Shown here in pieces: positions 1 to 8,826 of a stretch of 64,000 bases of DNA. Source of the stretch: Planctomycetota bacterium (GTDB taxonomy: Bacteria > Planctomycetota > PLA2 > JAEUHO01). Position 1 is the first letter of the stretch, and the number at the start of each line of letters is the position of its first letter. The stretch lies in the NCBI GenBank assembly GCA_050248855.1, contig JBFWRP010000007.1, forward strand, positions 1-64,000, in the 5' to 3' direction. The position numbers and the translations under genes are program-made. A model generated the notes under the pieces. It was not told the origin of the DNA, did no database searches, and saw nothing but the letters and a program-made list of their open reading frames with translations.

Positions 1-135
1 CCTTGGATGGCCGCGCCATCCGGCACCTGAGAGGATGAGCAGGCATCCTGCTCAGCCTCGAGAGTCGGCCTGCATTGGCAGGCCGCGCCATCAGGCACCT
101 GAGAGGCTGAGCAGGCATCCTGCTCAGCCTCTCAG
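1..135. repeat. REP/BIME-like tandem array (family A, ~73-bp unit), truncated at window start
   Basis: Two units containing the palindromes GGCCTGC(A/C)TTGGCAGGCC and GCTGAGCAGG-CAT-CCTGCTCAGC. Same unit at 1893-2039, 19464-19627 and 31730-31800. Confidence 0.8.
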
Positions 136-148
136 CTGCGGAGGAGCC

Positions 149-1579
149 CTACAGGGCCAGCTGCCACTGGAAGCGGAGCAGCGTGCCGAAGGTCTCCTCG
201 CCGAAGGCGAAGTTGCCGATGCCCGTGTAGGCGTCCCAGATCAGGAACGAACCCGGGTCGTTGCCCTCGAAGAAGCTGATGTCGACCGTGAACTTGTTGC
301 CGTGGCCGTTCAGGTAGTAGTTGATCGCGAAGGCCAGCTCGGTCGTCGCGCCACCGCCACCCGTGGAGGGATCGAGGTCGTAGCTGCTGGCACGGGCGGC
401 CAGCTCCCAGGCGGTGCCGGGGAAGTGGTAGCCGATCTGGGCCAGCCAGGCCGTCATGTCCAGGTCGTTACCAGTGCCGAGGAAATCCTCGTCGGAACCC
501 ATCGTGTAGGCGCCGGTGAACGAGAAGCCACCCCAGCCCAGCGCGAGGTCCACGCCGTAGCGCGTGGCGTCCGAGATCGTCGTGTGGTTCTTGTCCACGC
601 GGTCGGCGTAGACGAAGCCCCAGGCGCCGATCTCGCCGTACCAGCCGCAGGTCTCCTGGGCCAGCGCGCCCTCCTGGTAGCCGATCGGCTTGGCGAACGC
701 CCAGTTCACGCGACCGCTGAAGGCCAAGCCATCCGAGGTCCGGTGGTCCAGGACGTTGCGGATGCTGTCACCGCCGTCCCCGTTGCTGATCGCCAGCATG
801 TAGCTCCACTCGCTGTTGCAGCCGAACGCGCCGTGGAGCATCAGGCCGTGGTCGCGGTTGCGATCCGTGTAGCCCGGCAGGATCTGGCCGACGAAGGCCG
901 ACGCCATCGAGATGTCCACGAACTGCTGCAGCTCGGGCTTGACCATGAGCTGGCGCGTCGTCGGCAGGGCGATCTGGCCCATCCGGAAGTTGAGCGCGTC
1001 GCTGCAACCCCACTCGATCCACGCCTCGCGCGTGTTGTCGTAGTTCTGGCTCTGTCCGAGGCGGAACGTGGGACCGAGGTTGCCGAGGCCCAGGAGCTGG
1101 TTGAGCGTGCCGCCGTCCATCGCCTCCAAGGCATCGCGACCGAAGTGACCGAACTCGAGCTCCATGTACCAGCGGATGTTGCAGGGGGCCTCGCCCGAGA
1201 GCTTCAGCGTGGCACGGGGCAACGAGAAGCCGGAGAGGTCACCACCGAAGTCCACCGGAAGAGCCTGCTGGTCGATCATGATGATGCCGCCGCCACCCGC
1301 GGTCTCGGGGGGCTGGGTCTCATCCCAGTCGAAGGCTTCGAAGCGAGCCTGGAGCGTGACGTTCGCACGCAGCAGGAAGTCGCCACCACGGATCCAGAAG
1401 CCGTTGTCGTAGCCCGCACTGCCGGGGCCGCCGACCAAGGCCACGTCGGCCGTGTCGTTTGCGAGATAGCTGTCGAGCGCCGCCTGCACGTCGCGAGCAC
1501 TGCCGTCGGCCAGAGCCGGGGCCGCGACCACGCCGACCACGAGCGCGAGGGCGCAAAGGCCCGTCACGATCCGCTGCAT
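149..1579 (-). CDS. Outer-membrane beta-barrel porin (OprO/OprP-like), paralogue 1
   Basis: Signal peptide ending ALA-DG, AGYDNGFWIR N-terminal motif, alternating amphipathic strands, C-terminal LLRFQWQLAL, SD-like GAGGGAG upstream. Confidence 0.75.
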   Translation of the reverse strand: MQRIVTGLCALALVVGVVAAPALADGSARDVQAALDSYLANDTADVALVGGPGSAGYDNGFWIRGGDFLLRANVTLQARFEAFDWDETQPPETAGGGGIIMIDQQALPVDFGGDLSGFSLPRATLKLSGEAPCNIRWYMELEFGHFGRDALEAMDGGTLNQLLGLGNLGPTFRLGQSQNYDNTREAWIEWGCSDALNFRMGQIALPTTRQLMVKPELQQFVDISMASAFVGQILPGYTDRNRDHGLMLHGAFGCNSEWSYMLAISNGDGGDSIRNVLDHRTSDGLAFSGRVNWAFAKPIGYQEGALAQETCGWYGEIGAWGFVYADRVDKNHTTISDATRYGVDLALGWGGFSFTGAYTMGSDEDFLGTGNDLDMTAWLAQIGYHFPGTAWELAARASSYDLDPSTGGGGATTELAFAINYYLNGHGNKFTVDISFFEGNDPGSFLIWDAYTGIGNFAFGEETFGTLLRFQWQLAL

Positions 1580-1785
1580 GTGTGTCTCCCTCTACGCGAG
1601 CCCACGCGGTTGCCAGGGCCCGGTCTGGTTCATCGCGGGCGCCCTCCCTGGCGACCGCACGCGGCCCATGATGGCACGAAGCCCCCCGGGTTGCGCACCC
1701 TGGGAGGATCGGCCCCCCGCGAGGCCTGCTTGAGGCCTGCGGTGCCGGGGCGCGGAACGTCCGCTACGTCTTCTCCCCAAGCAAA

Positions 1786-1816
1786 CGGGCCGCCGCGATC
1801 GTGTCGCGGCGGCCCG
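1786..1816 (-). terminator. Putative intrinsic terminator between the two porin genes
   Basis: 13-bp stem CGGGCCGCCGCGA/TCGCGGCGGCCCG followed by TTTGCTT on the minus strand. Confidence 0.5.
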
Positions 1817-1849
1817 GGAAGGGTGCGCCGGGCTCGGGGAGCCCGGGCG

Positions 1850-2045
1850 CCATCAAGCACCCGAGAGGCTGAGCCCGCACTGCGGCTCGGCCTCGAGCGT
1901 CGGCCTGCCTTGGCAGGCCGCGCCATCAGGTACCCGAGAGGCTGAGCCTGCATTCCTGCTCAGCCTCGAGCGTCGGCCTGCCTTGGCAGGCCGCGCCATC
2001 AGGCACCTGAGTGGCTGAGCAGGCATCCTGCTCAGCCCCTCAGCT
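1850..2045. repeat. REP/BIME-like tandem array (family A)
   Basis: One partial plus two full ~73-bp units (1893-1966, 1967-2039) directly downstream of porin 2. Confidence 0.8.
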
Positions 2046-2056
2046 GCGGAGGAGCC

Positions 2057-3499
2057 CTACAGGGCCAGCTGCCACTGGAAGCGGAGCAGCGTGCCGAAGG
2101 TCTCTTCGCCGAAGGCCCAGCCACCGATGCCGGTGTAGGCATCCCAGATCAGGAACGAACCCGGGTCGTTGCCCTCGAAGAAGCTGATGTCGACCGTGAA
2201 CTTGTTGCCGTGGCCGTTCAGGTAGTAGTTGATCGCGAAGGCCAGCTCGGTCGTCGCGCCGCCGCCACCCATGTCGGGATCGAGGTCGTAGCTGCTCGCA
2301 CGGGCGGCCAGCTCCCAGGCGGTGCCGGGGAAGTGGTAGCCGATCTGGGCCAGCCACGCCGTCATGTCCAGGTCGCTCCCGCCAGCCAGGATGTGCTGCT
2401 CGTCCGTGCCCATCGTGTAGGCGCCGGTGAACGAGAAACCACCCCAGCCCAGGGCCAGGTCGACGCCGAAGCGCGTGCTGTCGGCGATCACCGTGTGGTT
2501 CTTGTCGATCCGGTCGGCGTAGACGAAGCCCCAGGCGCCGATCTCGCCGTACCAGCCGCAGGTCTCCTGGGCCAGCGCGCCCTCCTGGTAGCCGATCGGC
2601 TTGGCGAACGCCCAGTTCACGCGGCCGCTGAAGGCCAGGCCATCCGAGGTCCGGTGGTCCAGCACGTTGCGGATGCTGTCACCGCCGTCCCCGTTGCTGA
2701 TCGCCAGCATGTAGCTCCACTCGCTGTTGCAGCCGAACGCGCCGTGGATCATCAGGCCGTGGTCGCGGTTGCGATCCGTGTAGCCCGGCAGGATCTGGCC
2801 GACGAAGGCCGACGCCAGCGAGATGTCCACGAACTGCTGCAGCTCGGGCTTGACCATGAGCTGGCGCGTCGTCGGCAGGGCGATCTGGCCCATCCGGAAG
2901 TTGAGCGCGTCGCTGCAACCCCACTCGATCCACGCCTCGCGCGTGTTGTCGTAGTTGTGGCTCTGGCCAATCGCGAACGCCGAACCCAGGTTGCCCGAGT
3001 TCTGCGGCAGGAACTGCGCGTTGACGCCGCCGTTGTCCGCGTAGAACTCCACGACGTCCCGACCGAAGTGGCCGAACTCGAGCTCCATGTACCAGCGGAT
3101 GTTGCAGGGGGCCTCGCCCGAGAGCTTCAGCGTGGCACGGGGCAACGAGAAGCCCGAGAGGTCGCCGCCGAAGAAGTCGGGGCCGATGACCTGCCCGGCA
3201 CCGATGACGATGCCGCCGCCCGCCTGCTCCGGGGGCTGGGACTCGTCGTAGTCCATGGCCTCGAAGCGGGCCTGCAGCGTGACATTGGCACGCAGCAGGA
3301 AGTCGCCACCGCGGATCCAGAAGCCGTTGTCGTAGCCCGCGCTGCCGGGGCCGCCGACCAAGGCCACGTCGGCCGTGTCGTTTGCGAGATAGCTGTCGAG
3401 CGCCGCCTGCACGTCGCGAGCGCTGCCATCGGCAAGCGCCGGCGCGGCCGCCACGGCGAACAGCGCAAGGGCGCAGAGCGCCGTCATGAATCGCTGCAT
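2057..3499 (-). CDS. Outer-membrane beta-barrel porin (OprO/OprP-like), paralogue 2
   Basis: Starts MQRFMTALCALALFAVAAAPALADG with GGAGG SD. Long stretches identical to 149-1579. The ORF-track start at 4315 is an over-extension. Confidence 0.75.
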   Translation of the reverse strand: MQRFMTALCALALFAVAAAPALADGSARDVQAALDSYLANDTADVALVGGPGSAGYDNGFWIRGGDFLLRANVTLQARFEAMDYDESQPPEQAGGGIVIGAGQVIGPDFFGGDLSGFSLPRATLKLSGEAPCNIRWYMELEFGHFGRDVVEFYADNGGVNAQFLPQNSGNLGSAFAIGQSHNYDNTREAWIEWGCSDALNFRMGQIALPTTRQLMVKPELQQFVDISLASAFVGQILPGYTDRNRDHGLMIHGAFGCNSEWSYMLAISNGDGGDSIRNVLDHRTSDGLAFSGRVNWAFAKPIGYQEGALAQETCGWYGEIGAWGFVYADRIDKNHTVIADSTRFGVDLALGWGGFSFTGAYTMGTDEQHILAGGSDLDMTAWLAQIGYHFPGTAWELAARASSYDLDPDMGGGGATTELAFAINYYLNGHGNKFTVDISFFEGNDPGSFLIWDAYTGIGGWAFGEETFGTLLRFQWQLAL

Positions 3500-3751
3500 G
3501 GGTCCCTCCGGGGTGTCGCCTCGGCCTCCCTGCTCCGGCAACACGACTCGAACCCGGCCACGCCTGCGGCCGGGGTGCGAGCAGTCTCCGGGGCAGATCG
3601 GACGCCGCCAAGCGGGTCCGAAGCCTCTCCCCACGGCCGAATGGGGTGATTCGCACGTTGTCAGGGCCCGCCGCGTCACGGGGTGGTCATGTCGGTCGCG
3701 TCCTCCCCCCGGCGGCATGCAGGCGACCGGGCGTGGGGTAGTCTGGCGTTC

Positions 3752-5200
3752 GTGTCCACGCCTTCGCTGGCCGCCCGCTACCACGAGCGCACCAAGTACA
3801 CCCCGGAGGCCCTGGCGCAGGGCGGGGCGCACCTCGACATGCGGCGCCAGCCACCGCCGTTCAAGCCGTGGGTCGAGGGCCAGCGGTTGCGCCTGGGAGG
3901 TCGCTCCCCGGGCGAGCAGGCACCCGATCTCCTCGCGGGCGATCGCCTCGACCGCGTCCGCCTCGGGCGCTTGCTGCACCACACGTACGGCGTGACGCGC
4001 GTGTGGCAGGCCGAGGGCCAAGCGCTCTACTTGCGCGCGGCGCCCTCGGCAGGGGGGCTGTATCCCACCGAGCTCTACGTCGCGACGCGCGACCTCGGCG
4101 ACGTCCCCGACGGCCTCTGGGCGTACCACGGTGGAGACCACGCGCTGCAGCTCTGCTGGGCGGGTGACTTCGTGCCGGACCTGGAGCGCTTCGCGTTCGG
4201 TGCGCCAGCGGTCGGCGCGGCGCAGGCCGTGTTGGTGGGCACGGGCTTCTACGAGCGCAGCAGCTGGCGCTATCGCGATCGCGCGTACCGGCGCGTGTTG
4301 CTCGATGCGGGTCACGTCTTCGGCAACGCGTTGCAGGCCGGAGCCGCGGACGGCCTGGGGGTGACCTTGGTGCCCGACTTCGTGGACGATGGCGTGGACG
4401 GCCTGCTTCTGCTCGACCCGGCGCGCGAGGGCACGTTGCTGTTGGCGGCCGTGGGCCCCGCACCCGGCGCCACGCTGCGCGCCGGACTACGGTCCCGCGA
4501 GGAGCGGCCGCGGGATGCACTCGACGAGGGGACCTGGATTCCGATGGTCCACCGCGCCGGCCAGCTCGACGTCGCAGCCGAACCGGCCGGCGCGGCGCAT
4601 GTCTCCGCGCCCCCCACGAAGGCCATGGGGCTGGACGACACACCGTTGCCCGGCGGGGCGCCGGTCCTCGAAGCCATCCGGCAGCGGCGCTCCACGCGCA
4701 CTTTCCGCCGACAGGGCATCCCGTCGCACGCGTTGGGTCGCATCCTGTTCCATGCCCGACCGCGGCCCGGCGTTCCCGGCCCCAGCCTGGCCCCGGACCT
4801 GCTCGAGACCTACGTCATCGTGGCCGGGGTCTCGGGCATGCCGCCCGGGGTCTACCGCTACGACGCCGAGCTGCACGCGCTCGTACCCCGGGCCCGCGGC
4901 GCCGTGCGCGCGGCGCTGCACCAGGCGGCGCTCGGCCAAGACCTGGCTCGCGACGCCGCCTTCACCGTCGTGCACGCCTTCGACCTGCCGGCGGCCATCG
5001 AGCGCTACGGCGACCGGGCCTACCGCACCGCCCACCTCGAGGCCGGGCTGGCCGGCCAATACCTGAACCTCGCTGCGCTCCGGCTCGGCCTCGGTGCCAG
5101 CGGTATCGGCGGGTTCTTCGACGACCTGGTCAACGCGATCCTCGGCCTGCCCGAGACGTACGCGATCGCCTACCTCACGACCATCGGAGTGCCCGCATGA
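3752..5200 (+). CDS. SagB/ThcOx-family FMN-dependent dehydrogenase (two nitroreductase domains)
   Basis: YHERTKY, LRAAPSAGGLYPTELY, RRSTRTF, YGDRAYR and GASGIGGFFDD motifs. GTG start chosen from the upstream TAGTCT hexamer. Confidence 0.85.
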   Translation: MSTPSLAARYHERTKYTPEALAQGGAHLDMRRQPPPFKPWVEGQRLRLGGRSPGEQAPDLLAGDRLDRVRLGRLLHHTYGVTRVWQAEGQALYLRAAPSAGGLYPTELYVATRDLGDVPDGLWAYHGGDHALQLCWAGDFVPDLERFAFGAPAVGAAQAVLVGTGFYERSSWRYRDRAYRRVLLDAGHVFGNALQAGAADGLGVTLVPDFVDDGVDGLLLLDPAREGTLLLAAVGPAPGATLRAGLRSREERPRDALDEGTWIPMVHRAGQLDVAAEPAGAAHVSAPPTKAMGLDDTPLPGGAPVLEAIRQRRSTRTFRRQGIPSHALGRILFHARPRPGVPGPSLAPDLLETYVIVAGVSGMPPGVYRYDAELHALVPRARGAVRAALHQAALGQDLARDAAFTVVHAFDLPAAIERYGDRAYRTAHLEAGLAGQYLNLAALRLGLGASGIGGFFDDLVNAILGLPETYAIAYLTTIGVPA

Positions 5201-5700
5201 CGCGCCGCGAGGAAATCCAGGGCGACCAGATCGCGACCGGTGACCTGGTCATCCTCCCGTACGCAAGCGCGCGGGAGCAGGTGGGCTGCGGCGAAGAGGT
5301 CGGCTGGGTCCTGGAGGACCGCCGTCACGTGCTCAAGGTGTTCCTGCCCGAGATGGGCCGGGTGTTCTGGCTGGAGCGCGGCCTGCTGGAGCGCGTCGAA
5401 GCCGGTCGCTTGGCGACCGACCCGCTCGTGGAGCGTCTGCACCGGGTCGCACGCCTCGTGAACGTGGACTTGGTGGACCTGCAGGACGGCACGCTCGAAG
5501 CGGGGATCGTGCACCTGTACTCCCGCGGCATGCGCTGGGACCAGGCGGAGGAGGCACGCGCCGTCCTGGGCGACGCCGTGCAGGCGCTGTGGATCGAACC
5601 GGCGAACATGCGCCACGTGCGTCTGCGCATCGAGATGCGCGGCGCCGCGCCCCGCGACGACGTCGAGGACCCGGACCTGCCGGAGTTCGATCCGCTATGA
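5197..5700 (+). CDS. Hypothetical protein
   Basis: ATGA overlap with upstream gene, coding-like codon pattern, no recognised family. Confidence 0.65.
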   Translation: MTRREEIQGDQIATGDLVILPYASAREQVGCGEEVGWVLEDRRHVLKVFLPEMGRVFWLERGLLERVEAGRLATDPLVERLHRVARLVNVDLVDLQDGTLEAGIVHLYSRGMRWDQAEEARAVLGDAVQALWIEPANMRHVRLRIEMRGAAPRDDVEDPDLPEFDPL

Positions 5701-5783
5701 CGGAGGCGGGAAAGGCTGTTGCACGCTCATCGCGCCGCCACGTGGCGGCGCGATGAGCGTGCAACAGCTCTTCCCGCGTCCGT
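5700..5783. repeat. 84-bp palindromic REPIN-like element (family C)
   Basis: ACGGAGGCGGGAA..CTGTTGCAC...GTGCAACAG..TTCCCGCGTCCGT between convergent stop codons. Confidence 0.8.
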
Positions 5784-5784
5784 A

Positions 5785-6549
5785 TCAGTCGTCCAGCGCG
5801 ATCGCGTCGGCCAGGGCCCCGTGGCGGTTGGCGATGACGCGCGCTTCGCGACGACCACCGTCCAGCGGCTGCAACCAGCCGACGCGGTCGGGTGCAACGT
5901 CGCGCGCGAGGGCTTCGACGGCAGCACGCTCGGCGGCCGGGGCCGACGTCGTGGCTCGGAAGGCACCGACGACCGCAACGTGGTGCCGGGTGGCGAGGCG
6001 GGCCAGGTCCCGGACGCCCCCGACCAGGTCCTGACCCGTCGGACGCACCACGGCCTGGACGTAGTCGACGGCACACACCGCGGGCCGGAAGGGCAAGCGC
6101 ACGAGGCGGTCCTCGAGGGACGGCACGGAGTAGCCGCGCGCTTCCTCGACCACGAAGGGGAGGGCGGCGAGATGACGACGGGCGCCCCGGGCCCGGGCTT
6201 TGCCCTCGGCGTCCAGTCCTCCGCTCTCGGGTGGGCCACCGGGGTCGGGAAGGTCCTCGACGGGCACGTCGGCCACCAAGGCGAGCAGGCGACTGGCGAG
6301 GGTCTCGGCCGGAAGGTCGTACGTGGCGTAGCAGACGCCCCGCCCGCGCCGGGCCGCCGCGTGGAGCAGCGCCAAGAGGAACCCGCACTTGCCGGCGCCG
6401 GCCGGACCTCCCCACAGGTGGAGATGGCCCAGCGGCAGGCCGCTGGCGAGGCCTTCCAGCAAGGCGGTGCCCGCATCGGGGCGCTGGGGCGGCGCCGCGT
6501 CTCCCTCCCCGAGCGGAAGACGGTCCAGCAGCTGGGCAAGCGTGCGCAT
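5785..6549 (-). CDS. DnaB-like helicase C-terminal domain protein (degenerate RecA-fold)
   Basis: GPAGAGKC Walker A-like, AVDYVQ Walker B-like, LASRLL and VIANRHG resemble DnaB H1-H4 motifs. No N-terminal DnaB domain. Confidence 0.65.
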   Translation of the reverse strand: MRTLAQLLDRLPLGEGDAAPPQRPDAGTALLEGLASGLPLGHLHLWGGPAGAGKCGFLLALLHAAARRGRGVCYATYDLPAETLASRLLALVADVPVEDLPDPGGPPESGGLDAEGKARARGARRHLAALPFVVEEARGYSVPSLEDRLVRLPFRPAVCAVDYVQAVVRPTGQDLVGGVRDLARLATRHHVAVVGAFRATTSAPAAERAAVEALARDVAPDRVGWLQPLDGGRREARVIANRHGALADAIALDD

Positions 6550-6611
6550 GGTCCCTCCTGCCGCATCGTGGCCCACGCCACCGACAAGCGCACGCGATTC
6601 GTGCCGGCGCG

Positions 6612-8747
6612 CTACTTGCCGCGATCGAACGGCTTGGCGGGCTCGGCAAACGTGGGCTGGAGGCAGAGCTCGAGCTGGGCCAGGTCCTGCGGCTCGGGCG
6701 CAGATGCGTTGCCGTCCTCGGCGTTCCCCCCCGTGGTCCGGACGACGATCTGCACGATGCGCCCGCGCGAGGTGACCTGGTACATCAGCATCGTCGGGAA
6801 GCTGCGCAGGAGCGCGGGTACGCCGCAGAAGGTCGTGCGGAGGCCCTTGCTGCTGCCGCCGTCCAGGTCATCGAGCTCGTTGCCCTGCGTGGCGAACGCG
6901 ACGACGTCGGCTTGGAGCCCCGGCGCGCTCACCTTCATCCGCTGGGCGCCCGAGAGGGACACGCTCCATGCCTCCGGCACGTCGTGCGCCTCGAGCCCGC
7001 AGAGCACGTGCAGCCAGCGCCGGCCCGCCTTGTCCTGCAGGCGGTGCGACGCCATGTCGTCGACATCGTAGGCAGCCTCGCCCTCCTCCACGCGCCGCGT
7101 GCGGATGGCGAGACGGCCCTGGATGCGGCTGCTCACGAGCCCCGGGAAGCTGCCCTCGCGGTCGGGGTAGCCGAAGAACAGGTAGCGCGCGCCGGGCACG
7201 ACCTCGCCCGTGGTGGGATCGGCGGCGATCCACTCGCCCACCCAGATCTCCGCCCAGGCATGCGCGCCCCAGAGGCTGCCGACGCAGACGTAGCCGCTGC
7301 AGCGTCGCGCCGGGATGCCAGCCGCACGGCAGAGGGCGACGAAGAGCAACGCGTGCTCGCTGCAGTCGCCGCACCGCTGGTCGAGGATCTCGAGCGCCGA
7401 GGCCTGGGCGACCTCGGGGCTCTGCTTCTCGAGCTCGTGGAACACCCAGCGCGCCAGGCGGTAGGCCGCCGTGCGCGTGTCGGCCGCATCCCCCACGATC
7501 TCCTTGGCGAGGCCCACCAGACGCTCGTGCGCCACGGGCATGAGCACCGTGGCCTCGAGATCGCGGGCCAGGACCTCGGCCTGGTCGCCAAGCTGCAGCG
7601 GATAGGGCGCGTTGATCCCCGTGCCGCCGTGGCGGCCGAGGTCGACGTCGATCTCCCAGCCGGACTCGTCATCACCCCGCGGCTCGTGCGCCGTGGACCA
7701 GGGCGAGGGCGGCAGCTCGGGCAGCTTGCGATGCGGGTCGGGCTGCAGCTCGAGCGTGACGCGCAGCTTGTCGGCGCCGAACACGCGTTCGAGGCGCGGG
7801 CTGGCCGCGACGGTGATGCCGTACTCCGCGGTCCGCGCGGGCATGGCCTCGGCCGACGCCTGCGTGGACTTGCGGATCTCGGAGCCGTCTTCGCCGCGCA
7901 GCCGCACGAAGCCCCCGTCGTCGGCCAGCCACAGGAGCGTCTCGGCGCGGCTCTCCGGGTGCCGCTCGGCCACCTTCCAGCAGGAAAGGGTGCCGATGCC
8001 CTCCAGCGTCACGTCTTCGCGGCCCAGCACCTCGACTTCGATCGTCTGCGCGCGGCGTGCCCGCACGTCGAGCGACGAGTAGATCCAGCGCTTGCCGATC
8101 TCGACTTCGCCGCGCCTGAGCGGGCCGCCGAGGAACGACTCGCTGTCCACGATGACGGGCTCGTCCAGCGGGATCTCGACGACCTCGCGCTGGGAGCCCA
8201 GGCGCGTCTCGTTGCGGTAGCCCGCGCCCGTCCACGTGGTCTCCTCGACCGTGGCCCGACCGCCTTCCTCGACACGCACGCGCTGCGACCACAGGTGGCC
8301 GTCTTCGGAGCGCTCGAGGTCCACGAGGATCGTGCTCTCGAAGCGATCCCGGATGCCGGCCATGGAGCGCGTGCTGACGCTGACGATGGTCGTGCGGTCG
8401 CGGACCGTGGGCTTGCCGTCGCGCGTGCCGGGCGTCCACACGACGTGCAGGTGGCCGGCCTTGCCTCCGTGTACCCAGCGCTCGTACCAGCGCTCGACCT
8501 GCCCCTCGTGGTGCTGCGCCGGCGCGGCCACCCCCTCCTCGGCGTCCGCGATCGGCTGGGGACCGACCTCGGCCGGGCGGGGTCCGCCCGGCGCCGGCTC
8601 CGAAGCCTCGGCGGTCCCCGACCCGCGGCTGTCGGCCGTCGGCGCCGGGGGACGGGCCGGATCGGGCGGGTCACCGCACGCCACGAGCCCGGTCGCGCCC
8701 AAGAGCAGGAGGAGTGCCGCACGCCGCAACGTCTTGGAAGTACGCAT
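6612..8747 (-). CDS. Transglutaminase-like domain lipoprotein
   Basis: Lipobox LVAC after a hydrophobic stretch. Triad motifs GDCSEHA, GAHAWAE and AADPT. Confidence 0.85.
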   Translation of the reverse strand: MRTSKTLRRAALLLLLGATGLVACGDPPDPARPPAPTADSRGSGTAEASEPAPGGPRPAEVGPQPIADAEEGVAAPAQHHEGQVERWYERWVHGGKAGHLHVVWTPGTRDGKPTVRDRTTIVSVSTRSMAGIRDRFESTILVDLERSEDGHLWSQRVRVEEGGRATVEETTWTGAGYRNETRLGSQREVVEIPLDEPVIVDSESFLGGPLRRGEVEIGKRWIYSSLDVRARRAQTIEVEVLGREDVTLEGIGTLSCWKVAERHPESRAETLLWLADDGGFVRLRGEDGSEIRKSTQASAEAMPARTAEYGITVAASPRLERVFGADKLRVTLELQPDPHRKLPELPPSPWSTAHEPRGDDESGWEIDVDLGRHGGTGINAPYPLQLGDQAEVLARDLEATVLMPVAHERLVGLAKEIVGDAADTRTAAYRLARWVFHELEKQSPEVAQASALEILDQRCGDCSEHALLFVALCRAAGIPARRCSGYVCVGSLWGAHAWAEIWVGEWIAADPTTGEVVPGARYLFFGYPDREGSFPGLVSSRIQGRLAIRTRRVEEGEAAYDVDDMASHRLQDKAGRRWLHVLCGLEAHDVPEAWSVSLSGAQRMKVSAPGLQADVVAFATQGNELDDLDGGSSKGLRTTFCGVPALLRSFPTMLMYQVTSRGRIVQIVVRTTGGNAEDGNASAPEPQDLAQLELCLQPTFAEPAKPFDRGK

Positions 8748-8826
8748 CGGCCGGCGATCGTAGCCGTGACGGCAGGGCGCGAAATGCCCTCGGCCGCAAT
8801 CGACGTTGTCAGAGGACGTGTTGCCG

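Noticed and set aside
1672..1694. Sigma54 promoter (TGGCAC...TTGC)
   Set aside because: Spacing between the elements is wrong, and it faces away from the porin gene.
3752..5700. Azole-RiPP biosynthetic cluster around the SagB-like gene
   Set aside because: No YcaO/E1 cyclodehydratase, precursor peptide or exporter is adjacent. Stand-alone SagB-like genes are common.
5785..6549. Prophage or plasmid replication module
   Set aside because: No phage, integrase or replication initiator genes nearby, and no compositional shift.
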